Shown: piece after piece, positions 29,644-38,749 of the stretch
Numbering within the stretch: the first letter of the stretch is position 1
How the letters are laid out: every line of letters begins with the position of its first letter
NCBI GenBank assembly: GCA_964464695.1
Contig: CAYXKW010000003.1
Coordinates: 10,577-74,576 of the forward strand
Source of the DNA: an uncultured Candidatus Saccharibacteria bacterium
Lineage (GTDB): Bacteria > Patescibacteriota > Minisyncoccia > Phycocordibacterales > UBA5272
DNA: 64,000 nucleotides
Direction of reading: 5' to 3'
Position numbers and translations under genes: made by a program
The notes under the pieces: generated by a model
The model's database searches: none
What the model saw: only the letters and a program-made list of their open reading frames with translations
What the model was told of the DNA's origin: nothing

Positions 29644-29846
29644 AACCCCGAAAGACACCAGATGTCGGACCGCTTTGCTAACAGACAGTCAGAAAAAATA
29701 CTACGTCACTATTATTTAATTCTAGTTTTATAGCCAGAAGTCTGACAGTCTGTTTGTCGGACGTCTGAATGTACTTGTGCCCACCAAACAAAACATGTGA
29801 GCTAAAGGCTACCGGCTAAAAGCTAAAAGCTGTATACTATATACAT

Positions 29847-30278
29847 ATGCAATTTCGAGTACCACAATTCATTGACCTAGAAGACAAAGTGTTTGGTCCT
29901 TTTACACTTAAGCAATTTGGATATCTTGTTGGAGCTGGAGGTCTTGCTTTTATCATTTGGACACTTATTCCAGTTAAGTTTATTGCAATGCTTATCATCG
30001 CACCCGTTGTTGGATTGTTCCTTTCTCTTGCCTTTGTTAAATTTAACAATAGATCATTTGGAGAAATTCTCCAGAGTGCTTTTAATTACTACACGGGTTC
30101 AAAAGTATTCACATGGCAACAACCTGCACCAAAAAAGAATGAGACGTCCGTTGACAGGGTGGTAGCAGACACTCAGAAAGAAATTATTATCCAGAAAACA
30201 AATAGGGATAAAATTCATGATATTGCTTTAGGGCTTGATGTGTACGAACATGCCAAGAACAAAGAAGAGGATAATTAA
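29847..30278 (+). CDS. PrgI/VirB3-like small membrane protein
   Basis: VPQFIDLEDKVFGPFTLKQFGYLVGAGGLAFIIWTLIP...IAPVVGLFLSLAFV matches the PrgI-family pattern (vPkdl..edK.l.G.lt.rQ...l..g...). It sits immediately upstream of the VirB4-type ATPase, as in Gram-positive-type T4SS. Confidence 0.55.
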   Translation: MQFRVPQFIDLEDKVFGPFTLKQFGYLVGAGGLAFIIWTLIPVKFIAMLIIAPVVGLFLSLAFVKFNNRSFGEILQSAFNYYTGSKVFTWQQPAPKKNETSVDRVVADTQKEIIIQKTNRDKIHDIALGLDVYEHAKNKEEDN

Positions 30279-30359
30279 ATTTATTGTTATAGCCTAAAAA
30301 ATATAAATTGTTAAGTACTGCACAGTTTTGAAGTACATTCTCATGTATACTGTACGTAT

Positions 30360-31001
30360 ATGGCAAAAGGGCAAGCAACACAGGAATTTGTACCAATCGA
30401 AAGAGTGCGTGATGGAATCGTAATCCTTAAGACAGGTGAAATTCGTTCTATCTTAATCACAAATTCACTGAACCTTGGACTTAAGAGTGAGGATGAGCAA
30501 CAAGCTGTACTTTCTCAATTCCAAAATTTTCTTAATTCTCTTGATTTTCCAGTACAATTTTTTGTTGAATCACGAAAGCTCAATATAAAACCTTATATGA
30601 CACTCCTTCAAGAGAGAAGCACACTTGTCAAAGAAGACCTTCTTAAAATTCAGATCCATGAATACATGGGGTTTATAACAAAGTTCACGGAAGAGAGTAA
30701 TATTATGACGAAACACTTCTTTGTAACGGTTCCATATTTTAACCAGAGTACTCAGACCATATCTACCAATTCGCTTATTAATTTAGCAGGGGCAAGTAGT
30801 AGTCAGCCAAAAAATATAGAAGACACCTTTGAAATGTCACGTATCCAACTCGACCAGCGTATTGCAACTGTTATTCAAGGGCTTTCACGATTTGGTCTGC
30901 GTGCACAACGACTTGGAACAGAGGAGGTTGTGGAACTTTTTTATAAACTATTTAACCCAGGAGAAGGAGACCGTACAGCTCCTAAGGCAGGACAACAATA
31001 A
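30360..31001 (+). CDS. VirB4/TraC/PrgJ-type ATPase, N-terminal domain, encoded as a separate ORF (213 aa)
   Basis: EFVPIERVRDGIVILKTGEIRSILITNSLNLGLKSEDEQQAVLSQFQNFLNSLDFPVQFFVESRKLNI is the conserved N-domain pattern of VirB4-family proteins. It ends at TAA 30999-31001. The downstream ATPase ORF starts 6 nt later in another frame. Confidence 0.6.
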   Translation: MAKGQATQEFVPIERVRDGIVILKTGEIRSILITNSLNLGLKSEDEQQAVLSQFQNFLNSLDFPVQFFVESRKLNIKPYMTLLQERSTLVKEDLLKIQIHEYMGFITKFTEESNIMTKHFFVTVPYFNQSTQTISTNSLINLAGASSSQPKNIEDTFEMSRIQLDQRIATVIQGLSRFGLRAQRLGTEEVVELFYKLFNPGEGDRTAPKAGQQ

Positions 31002-31006
31002 CAACT

Positions 31007-32836
31007 ATGGGACTATTTGATTTTTTAAACAAAAAGAAGGAAGAGCCGTCAGGTGGCTCACTTATCACACCCGTTCTTCCAGACCAGGTCTACAAAGTTG
31101 CGGAAATGCAGCTCAAAGATATCATCGCACCGAGCGCTCTTGAGATACAACCAAAGGCACTTAACCTTGGGACAACAATTGTGCGTTCATTTTTTGTTAT
31201 CTCATATCCTAGATACCTTACTGATAATTGGCTCAGTCCGATTATTAACTTAGACAAGGTGTTTGATATTGCAATTCACGTTGTTCCACTTAACACTGGC
31301 GAAATCATGAAAACATTCCAACGTAAAGTTGCGGAAGTGGAAAGTCAGATTATGATTCGTGATGAAAAGGGGCTCGTACGAGATCCAACACTTGACGTTG
31401 CCTACCAAGACTTAGAAGACCTCCGTGACGGACTTACTCAGGCTCAGGAAAAAATGTTTGAGGTCTCCCTCTACATCACACTCTACGGATATACAAATGA
31501 GGAACTTGATAAATCAGAAAATGAAATCAAAAATATTCTTGAAAGTAAGCTTGTCTACGTAAAACCAGCACTCTTTCAACAAGACACTGGTTTTGTTTCT
31601 ACTATTCCTGTAGGACAAGATCTTCTTCAAATAAAAAACAAACTAAACACTTCTCCTCTTTCATCTTTTTTCCCGTTTGTATCATTTGATCTTTCGTCAG
31701 ACAAAGGTATTTTATATGGACTCAATCGTCATAATGGAAGTCTCATTCTTTTTGATAGATATTCACTTGAAAACTACAACTCTATTGTTTTTGCAAAATC
31801 TGGTTCTGGAAAAAGTTATTTCACAAAACTAGAAATTTTAAGAACACTCATGTTTGAAACAGAAGTTATTATCATCGACCCAGAACGAGAATACGAATTC
31901 TTAGCTGAATCTGTTGGGGGAAGGTACTTTGATATTTCTCTTGTTGGGAATCACCACATCAATCCATTTGACCTCCCTCATCCAACACAAGATGAATCAC
32001 CGTCTGAAGTGCTTCGCTCGAACATTGTTAACCTCGTTGGGCTTTTCCGTGTAATGCTTGGAGGTCTTACTCCGGAAGAAGACGCAATTATCGACCAAGC
32101 TATTACAGAAACATATGCACTTAAAGATATTAATGGGGAAAATGACTTTACACGACTTGAACCACCACTTCTTTCAGACTTCGAAACAGTGCTTGAGGGG
32201 ATAGACGGGTCAGAAAGTTTATTACAAAGACTTTCTAAATATACACGTGGGACATGGTCTGGATTTATTAATCAACCATCTAATGTTGATATTAATAAAA
32301 AACTTGTTTGTTTCTCTATTCGAGATATGGAGGAAGAGCTCAAACCAGTTGCGATGTATATCATTACACACTTCATTTGGAATGCGGTACGAAAGCACCT
32401 TAAGAAGAGACTCCTTGTTGTGGATGAAGCGTGGATTATGATGAAAAATGATGACACTGCATCATTCCTTTTTAGTCTTGCGAAACGTGGAAGAAAATAT
32501 TATCTTGGACTTGCCACAATCACTCAAGACGTTGGGGACTTCCTCAAGTCACCGTACGGTCTACCTATTATTACCAACTCCTCGATTCAGATTCTCCTTA
32601 AACAATCTCCTTCATCAATTGATATCGTTCAAAAAACATTTAACCTTACCAATGAAGAAAAATATCTACTCCTGGAGTCCGGTGTCGGAGAGGGCATATT
32701 CTTTGCAGGACTAAAGCATGTGGCCATAAAAGTGGTAGCTTCATATACTGAGGACCAAATTATTACTAGTGACCCTTCTCAACTTCTTAAAATCCAGAAG
32801 ATGAAAGAAGAAGTTTCAGAATCAAAAGGTGTATGA
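31007..32836 (+). CDS. VirB4/TraC/PrgJ-type type IV secretion ATPase, ATPase domain (609 aa)
   Basis: Walker A FAKSGSGKSYFT. Walker B LLVVDEAWIMM. Conserved LATITQDVGDF and IFFAG motifs of VirB4-family ATPases. Confidence 0.8.
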   Translation: MGLFDFLNKKKEEPSGGSLITPVLPDQVYKVAEMQLKDIIAPSALEIQPKALNLGTTIVRSFFVISYPRYLTDNWLSPIINLDKVFDIAIHVVPLNTGEIMKTFQRKVAEVESQIMIRDEKGLVRDPTLDVAYQDLEDLRDGLTQAQEKMFEVSLYITLYGYTNEELDKSENEIKNILESKLVYVKPALFQQDTGFVSTIPVGQDLLQIKNKLNTSPLSSFFPFVSFDLSSDKGILYGLNRHNGSLILFDRYSLENYNSIVFAKSGSGKSYFTKLEILRTLMFETEVIIIDPEREYEFLAESVGGRYFDISLVGNHHINPFDLPHPTQDESPSEVLRSNIVNLVGLFRVMLGGLTPEEDAIIDQAITETYALKDINGENDFTRLEPPLLSDFETVLEGIDGSESLLQRLSKYTRGTWSGFINQPSNVDINKKLVCFSIRDMEEELKPVAMYIITHFIWNAVRKHLKKRLLVVDEAWIMMKNDDTASFLFSLAKRGRKYYLGLATITQDVGDFLKSPYGLPIITNSSIQILLKQSPSSIDIVQKTFNLTNEEKYLLLESGVGEGIFFAGLKHVAIKVVASYTEDQIITSDPSQLLKIQKMKEEVSESKGV

Positions 32837-33804
32837 AAAAAATAATCACCTCATTTCTTTTTTTTGGAGCTGCATTAGTATGTTCTTTATCACTAACACA
32901 TGCTCAAGTTTCTGCCACAATTGAGCTGTACCCAAAAAACCCAGAACCAAAAAGTGATGTAACACTTACCTTTAAAAGTTATTCATTTGATGCAAATACA
33001 GCTTCTCTTGTTTGGACAGTAAATGGTAAAAAGGTTCTTGAAGGGGAAGGGGAAACAAAACTAATAGTAAGAACAGGGGAGGTTGGCGACGCTATAACTG
33101 TTACCGTCAGAGCATCCACGCAGGGCGGGTTTACTACTGCTCAGTCAATAACTGTTACCCCAGCATCAGTTATGATAATGTATGAATCACCAAAAAGTTA
33201 TGTTCCACTTCTGTATGAAGGTAAATCTCTTCCAGGTGAGGGGGCTTTAATCCGAGTATCAGCATTTCCTTCTATCGGAGATAGCGGAGGAATAACACCT
33301 CCTTCAAAACTTTCATATACATGGTACATCAATGACACTCTTTTTAAAGATGTCTCGGGCGCCGGTAAACAGTCTGCTCTTATTAGATTGGACTATCTTC
33401 AGTCAAAAAATACCATAAAAGTTATAGTACGTAGCCCATCAGGTGCTTCTGCAGAAAAAACTATCACTATCTATCCCCATGCGGTCATGCCACTTTTGTA
33501 TACCTTTGACAGTGTTCTTGGGGTAAATTACACAAAATTAATTGATAAACGTTTTGAGACAGTGAATGAATTTATTGTCTCACTTGAGCCATTTTATGTT
33601 TCTGATGAAGAAACAAAGAGGGCATCATTTGTTTGGTATTTGGATGGTTTTCCTTCTACTCCACTTGGAGGAAGAATCCTTGCTCTTCAACCAAAAGAAA
33701 ATAGTTACGGCACAAAAATGCTCAGTATTGATGTCTATGGAACTGACAAAAGACTTCAAAAAGCATCAATAAAAACTGAGCTTATTTTTGATACTAGAAA
33801 ATAA
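32833..33804 (+). CDS. secreted protein with three tandem about 95-aa Ig-like repeats
   Basis: Signal peptide MKKIITSFLFFGAALVCSLSLTHA. Three repeats each with the pattern ...Y.W.VNG/INDT...G..K...IRL......I.V.VRS..G..A...I.IYP..VMPLLY. Start overlaps the VirB4 stop (ATGA). Confidence 0.5.
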   Translation: MKKIITSFLFFGAALVCSLSLTHAQVSATIELYPKNPEPKSDVTLTFKSYSFDANTASLVWTVNGKKVLEGEGETKLIVRTGEVGDAITVTVRASTQGGFTTAQSITVTPASVMIMYESPKSYVPLLYEGKSLPGEGALIRVSAFPSIGDSGGITPPSKLSYTWYINDTLFKDVSGAGKQSALIRLDYLQSKNTIKVIVRSPSGASAEKTITIYPHAVMPLLYTFDSVLGVNYTKLIDKRFETVNEFIVSLEPFYVSDEETKRASFVWYLDGFPSTPLGGRILALQPKENSYGTKMLSIDVYGTDKRLQKASIKTELIFDTRK

Positions 33805-33857
33805 AAACCATACACCTTCTTTGAAGATGGGTATTTGTTGATATACTACACACAAAC

Positions 33858-34718
33858 ATGGCCTCATATACGCAACTCGAACCTGCTGCATTTCAATCAT
33901 TGGGAATAACTACTAACACTTCCTTTAATGGCGCAGATGTTTCATTCTTCACCACAACCTCCTTTCTCTATACCTTATGTTTTATTGCAATAGTAGGAGC
34001 TGCATTTTATAGATATGTACTTGTAGGGGTATACAGAATGGAAGCGTCCGAGAGTGGAATACGAAAGAGTAATGAGACATTTAAAAAGACGACTCTTGGA
34101 TTACTTGGGGTGTTCGCACTTTTTTTGATTATTGCGACGTTGAATAGTCAGTTGTTGACGGGGAATGTGGGATTAGAGGAACTTCAATCAAAACCTGCAG
34201 CCCCTGCAGCACCAGTTACTCAGTCATCCGGAGGAACGACAGGAACAAATCCCATTGCACAAGCTCCTTCTGGAGTAACAAATCCTACAATTCCAACTAA
34301 CAATAATGACCCCGTAGGTTGGGGGGCAATTAGTGCTGATCCAGTTGTAAGAACCCAGTTAAGATCATTGCCAAATGGTGGAATAACCGTAAACAAGAAT
34401 GTTTGCCAAGCTCCAACCCTAACCCAATGCACAACAGTTGGTGGTTGGCCAGCAGAAACTCCTTCAATGTTGGCTACATTAAGACAGACTTGTGGTGGTA
34501 ATATTGAAGTTACAGGAGGGACTGAAGCTGGACACTCATCACACGGACCTGGTAGAACAGCCGTTGATCTTTCGTTAAATGACTCAACTCTCGAAGCTTG
34601 TATTAGATCTTTTCCTGTTGGACCTCAAAAAAGTTTCTGTAGGGTCACCTATATTAAATTTGGTTATCTTTTTTGTGATGAGTTAGGTGTTAGACATTGG
34701 CACGTTTACCAACAGTAG
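33858..34718 (+). CDS. membrane protein: two-helix (pilin-like) N-terminal module fused to M15-like (LAS-type) zinc peptidase domain
   Basis: Two TM helices separated by loop RMEASESGIRKSNETFKKTT. The C-domain has SSHGPGRTAVDL (close to the LAS/M15 S.H..G.A.D motif) and a terminal HWH (H.H). The N-module is nucleotide-identical to the paralog at 36091-37077. Confidence 0.5.
   Translation: MASYTQLEPAAFQSLGITTNTSFNGADVSFFTTTSFLYTLCFIAIVGAAFYRYVLVGVYRMEASESGIRKSNETFKKTTLGLLGVFALFLIIATLNSQLLTGNVGLEELQSKPAAPAAPVTQSSGGTTGTNPIAQAPSGVTNPTIPTNNNDPVGWGAISADPVVRTQLRSLPNGGITVNKNVCQAPTLTQCTTVGGWPAETPSMLATLRQTCGGNIEVTGGTEAGHSSHGPGRTAVDLSLNDSTLEACIRSFPVGPQKSFCRVTYIKFGYLFCDELGVRHWHVYQQ
33935..34172 (+). repeat. 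238-bp segment, 100% identical to 36165-36402 (direct repeat inside two paralogous genes)
   Basis: Read directly. gatgtttcattcttcaccacaacc...gggaatgtggga is identical in both copies. Flanks diverge immediately. Confidence 0.9.
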
Positions 34719-34792
34719 AATCAGACAGCTGCCACTATGCTCTATAGCTAGAGTTCTCTCAGTTCTGTTATAATCTCTGCTATACTTCTCAT

Positions 34793-36088
34793 ATGGAAAA
34801 TAATAGTAATCGTCGAATACTTTTTGCAGTTGGGTTCGTTATGTTTTTTTCGGTGATTATTATTATTTGGTACTTTTTTTATGCTAAACCAATAATTGCC
34901 CCAACACTTTCTGAGACAAATAATCCTTTTCCTGTTAAACAACTTCCTCCACGATTTCAATTTCTTAACTGGGGAGGGGAAGCTTCCACTTCAACAACAG
35001 AAGTAACTGATCCACTTTCTGTACCACTTGTGAGAATTTGGGATAAGCCAGCAACAGGTCAAACATTTATTACTCAAAATATACTACAAGAAATTACTTC
35101 AACAAGCACAGAGGGGACAACAACTATACAAGTAAAGAAAACAGTTCGTGCCACTTCAACGGTTGTTTTATTCGTTGACAGAACTACCGGATACATATAC
35201 GGATATCCAGTAGAAACAGGAAAACCTTACCAGATAAGTAACACAATTCTACCTGGAATACATGATGCTTACTTTTTTGAAAATGGTAAAAAAGTAATCA
35301 TGAGATATCTTGACCAAGATAAGAATAGGATAGTCGGAGTAATTGGCACACTCCCAAATGTTAAAGATAACGAAATGGCTTTACCTCTTACAAATATTCA
35401 ATACCTATCATCTCAAGTGACCAGTATTGCAACTAACGAAAAGAAAGATACAATTTCTTATATTGTTGCAAATGACAATGGAAGTGCTATATACACAATC
35501 GGAACTAAAGGCCCTGTTCTTGTAACCTCATCACCATTTAAAGAATGGGAGCTCTCCTACGGAGGGGATTCTCTCTACGTAACGACAAAACCTTCAGCAT
35601 ATAGTAACGGTGTAACCTTATCAGTTCCGTCATTTCAGCCTGAAATAACTGAGAAGACAGGTCTACTAAGTACCCCGACTTCTGGAAAAGTAATGTTACA
35701 CAGCATGTGGGGGTCTCAAGGACTTGCAACATTTATATCAGATGTATCTGGTATAAAGATACTCAATATAAAAACACTGGCGTCCAAATGTTCATGGGGT
35801 GAGAGAAAATTTTTAGTGTGTGCTGTTCCACGAATACTCCCTCGAGCAGTTGAAGGGTTACCTGATGACTGGTACCAAGGGAGGGTTTCATTTACTGATG
35901 ATCTCTTTATTATTGAGCAAACAACGGGTGAAAAATATCCATTATACAATTTTAAAGATGATGATGATGGGGTTTTTGATGTTACAAATATTTCTTTTTC
36001 TACTGCTAACACGTATTTTAGTTTTAATAACAAAAAAGATGCAAGTTTGTGGATGATTAATACTTCACTTCTTGGTGGAGATCAATAG
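34793..36088 (+). CDS. hypothetical bitopic membrane protein with large extracytoplasmic domain (431 aa)
   Basis: N-terminal TM ILFAVGFVMFFSVIIIIWYFFYA. The rest is hydrophilic with many Ser/Thr. Confidence 0.5.
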   Translation: MENNSNRRILFAVGFVMFFSVIIIIWYFFYAKPIIAPTLSETNNPFPVKQLPPRFQFLNWGGEASTSTTEVTDPLSVPLVRIWDKPATGQTFITQNILQEITSTSTEGTTTIQVKKTVRATSTVVLFVDRTTGYIYGYPVETGKPYQISNTILPGIHDAYFFENGKKVIMRYLDQDKNRIVGVIGTLPNVKDNEMALPLTNIQYLSSQVTSIATNEKKDTISYIVANDNGSAIYTIGTKGPVLVTSSPFKEWELSYGGDSLYVTTKPSAYSNGVTLSVPSFQPEITEKTGLLSTPTSGKVMLHSMWGSQGLATFISDVSGIKILNIKTLASKCSWGERKFLVCAVPRILPRAVEGLPDDWYQGRVSFTDDLFIIEQTTGEKYPLYNFKDDDDGVFDVTNISFSTANTYFSFNNKKDASLWMINTSLLGGDQ

Positions 36089-36090
36089 GT

Positions 36091-37077
36091 ATGGTACAGT
36101 ATCAACCTCTCGAACCCTCCTCATTCCAGTCATTAGGAATTACTTCTCCTTCCTTCAACGGAGAAGATGTTTCATTCTTCACCACAACCTCCTTTCTCTA
36201 TACCTTATGTTTTATTGCAATAGTAGGAGCTGCATTTTATAGATATGTACTTGTAGGGGTATACAGAATGGAAGCGTCCGAGAGTGGAATACGAAAGAGT
36301 AATGAGACATTTAAAAAGACGACTCTTGGATTACTTGGGGTGTTCGCACTTTTTTTGATTATTGCGACGTTGAATAGTCAGTTGTTGACGGGGAATGTGG
36401 GACTGTCTGATCTTACTGTGAACGGTGTTAGATCTGGTGCAGCAGTAACCAATCCAATAAATACTCAAGTAAACACAGGCTCAGGGAGTGGTAGTAGCTC
36501 GCGATCGTGTGAAACAACCGAAGCAACAATCACTAAACTTACTTCCACTGGTGGTATTTGTGGTGGGACAGCATGTACTATTTTATCCGGTTGTAACTAC
36601 CAACAGTACTCGTCAATTATAGATCAAGAAGTTGCAGGTAATACTGATCTTAGAAAGATGATAATTGTAACTATGTGCAAAGAGTCTCGAGCGCAGGTAA
36701 ATGCTGCAGGAAATAATCCAAATGGAACGTTTGATTGTGGGCTAATGCAAATCAATCAACCAACTCCATGTGACGCAACTATTTTAAACCCTGCAGAAAA
36801 TATTCGTCGAGGAGTAGCACTTATGAAAGAAAAAATAAGACTTACTTCTCAAACATATCAAAATATACCTGCAGAAACTGGACCTTTTTCATCGTACAAT
36901 TGCTGTGCAAACGGCACTGTTCCAAATGCTCCAAGTGCTGATTGTACTACCGCTAATGGCTTTCCTTTTGCGATCCCTAAATGGGCATGTCCAATCAACC
37001 CAGGAGAGAGTTCTTCAAATATGTGTACTGTAAAAAATTACGCTTGTGAGCTGAGTGTCTGTATGAAGCAACTATAA
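36091..37077 (+). CDS. membrane protein: the same two-helix N-terminal module fused to a lytic transglycosylase (SLT) domain, VirB1-like function
   Basis: SLT signature MCKESRAQVNAAGNNPNGTFDCGLMQINQ...AENIRRGVALM (catalytic E-S, GLMQ). N-terminal 80 aa identical to ORF 33858-34718. Confidence 0.6.
   Translation: MVQYQPLEPSSFQSLGITSPSFNGEDVSFFTTTSFLYTLCFIAIVGAAFYRYVLVGVYRMEASESGIRKSNETFKKTTLGLLGVFALFLIIATLNSQLLTGNVGLSDLTVNGVRSGAAVTNPINTQVNTGSGSGSSSRSCETTEATITKLTSTGGICGGTACTILSGCNYQQYSSIIDQEVAGNTDLRKMIIVTMCKESRAQVNAAGNNPNGTFDCGLMQINQPTPCDATILNPAENIRRGVALMKEKIRLTSQTYQNIPAETGPFSSYNCCANGTVPNAPSADCTTANGFPFAIPKWACPINPGESSSNMCTVKNYACELSVCMKQL
36165..36402 (+). repeat. second copy of 238-bp identical direct repeat
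   Basis: See 33935-34172. Confidence 0.9.
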
Positions 37078-37159
37078 ATATATAAATAAAAAATTATCAC
37101 AGCAATCTGATGAGGTGCTTGAATACTTCACCTCACTTCTCCCGCTCTACAACACAAAC

Positions 37160-37186
37160 AAAAAACTACCTCGAGGTAGTTTTTTA
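37160..37186. terminator. bidirectional terminator hairpin between SLT-fusion gene and yidC
   Basis: aaaaactacctc-gaggtagtttttt, a perfect 11-bp stem with A/T tracts on both sides. Confidence 0.6.
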
Positions 37187-37218
37187 TATTACATTTAGAA
37201 ATTATCTGTAAAAAAACT

Positions 37219-38082
37219 TTATCTATGTTTTTTGTATTTCTTATTTCTCTTATCCTTTTTACCAGATGAGTGAATTTCTTCTTTAACTTCTTTAACAATT
37301 TCTAGCCCTTCTTCTTCAACTTCCTTAATAACATCAAATGCTTCACCTCTAATGAGAGGAGGGGCAAGGTGGGCCAATTTTCGCTTCATATGAACATCTA
37401 GAGCGTAACTTGCTGTGTTACTGATGAACCAGTAGAGGCCAAGGGCAGAGGGAAGAGCCATCGCTGAAACTGCGATAATAATTGGAAGAACATACAATAA
37501 CTGTATCTTCATAGACTTCATAAAATGAGCCTGGAAAGATTCTTTATCTTTATTATTCTGAGAGCCACTCATATCCATAGTTTGTGTCTGACGACGAGCC
37601 AAGAAATAGGAAGAAATGCCTGCAAGAAGTGCAATTACTATATTCTTTTCTGTTACGTCAAAAACACCAAAGGCTACAGTATGTAGAGATTCTGGGAAAG
37701 TCACAAATGAATAAATAGACTTTGGATCATCAATCAATCCTTTAGAGAAAACGATATAGAGTGCAATAAATATTGGAATCTGTAATATCATCGCAAACAA
37801 AGAAGAAAAAGGATTTATTTTCTGTGTTCTATAAAGTGCAACCATCTGCTTAGACGCACCTTGTGGGTCTGTTTTCTGCATTTCCTTAATCTTATTCATT
37901 TCAGGTTCAATCTTCTTCATCATGTACTGCGTACGAAGAGCAGACATGTTAAATGGAAGTAAAATTGCCTTTACAATAAGGGTTACAATAACAATTGCTG
38001 CTCCAATATCATGAAGAGGGACAAAAGTAAGTACTATAACAAGGAGGTTATAGACTGGTTCGTAAAATAGTGTGTGGAACAT
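37219..38082 (-). CDS. yidC: membrane protein insertase YidC (short form) with Lys-rich C-terminal tail
   Basis: LLPFNMSALRTQYMMKKIEPEMNKIKEMQKTDPQGASKQMVALYRTQKINPFSSLF is the canonical YidC/Oxa1 core. C-terminal KKDKRNKKYKKHR ribosome-binding-type tail. Confidence 0.85.
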   Translation of the reverse strand: MFHTLFYEPVYNLLVIVLTFVPLHDIGAAIVIVTLIVKAILLPFNMSALRTQYMMKKIEPEMNKIKEMQKTDPQGASKQMVALYRTQKINPFSSLFAMILQIPIFIALYIVFSKGLIDDPKSIYSFVTFPESLHTVAFGVFDVTEKNIVIALLAGISSYFLARRQTQTMDMSGSQNNKDKESFQAHFMKSMKIQLLYVLPIIIAVSAMALPSALGLYWFISNTASYALDVHMKRKLAHLAPPLIRGEAFDVIKEVEEEGLEIVKEVKEEIHSSGKKDKRNKKYKKHR

Positions 38083-38084
38083 AA

Positions 38085-38399
38085 TTAATGTAGTGTATCA
38101 AATGCTTTCTGTATTTCCTCCTGCAATAACCTAAAAGGGGCCGTTTGACTATTCTTTTTAGGATAAAAAATAAATGAGTAAGGAGAAGGAGGTTTGATTG
38201 TGATAAGTATACTAAATATCCTTCTTTTTATAAGATTCCTGTCTACTGCACGTTTTAAGGTTTTTTTTGAAGTCACACAGGCAACCTTTTGTGTTTGAAG
38301 GGTTACACCTGCAACATCAAATAATTCACCACGAAAAAAGACTTTTGGTCTTTTTTCGTTAAAATCTTCTTTAGTGAGTCGCTTCGACTTTGGAAGCAT
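38085..38399 (-). CDS. rnpA: ribonuclease P protein component
   Basis: LPKSKRLTKEDFNEKRPKVFFRGELFDV...KRAVDRNLIKRRI is the RnpA RNR-like motif. Position between rpmH and yidC. Confidence 0.8.
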   Translation of the reverse strand: MLPKSKRLTKEDFNEKRPKVFFRGELFDVAGVTLQTQKVACVTSKKTLKRAVDRNLIKRRIFSILITIKPPSPYSFIFYPKKNSQTAPFRLLQEEIQKAFDTLH

Positions 38400-38422
38400 A
38401 TTTAAAAATCAGATAAGAAAGC

Positions 38423-38557
38423 TTAAACAGAAAGCTTTTTACGTCCAATACTTCGACGACGAGCAAGGACTTTACGTCCTCCTTTTGAAGCCATACGTAC
38501 GAGAAAACCGTGTGTTGTTGCTCGCTTCTTTTTCTTAGGTTGGTATGTGATTGACAT
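38423..38557 (-). CDS. rpmH: 50S ribosomal protein L34
   Basis: Not in the ORF track (44 aa). Minus-strand translation is [44 protein letters not shown], canonical L34. Confidence 0.9.
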   Translation of the reverse strand: MSITYQPKKKKRATTHGFLVRMASKGGRKVLARRRSIGRKKLSV

Positions 38558-38749
38558 GGCGGTATTCTACAGGAATATTGATAATAAATCAACTAAGTGT
38601 AGATTCTAGAAAATAGAATGTAGAATACAGATACAATATATATTTCTATATTTTTAAAAAGTTTTTCTATATTCTATACTCTAATATCTAGACTCTATCT
38701 ATACGTCAAGTTGTGACAAATTTTCACACGTGTATACTAACAGGTAACT
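38558..38749. other. candidate oriC region (rpmH-dnaA intergenic, AT-rich, short TAGAAT / TCTATA-type repeats)
   Basis: Conserved gene order rpmH-rnpA-yidC / dnaA-dnaN. The 192-bp spacer is very AT-rich with repeated tagaat, tctata and ctatac units. No perfect TTATCCACA boxes seen. Confidence 0.4.
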
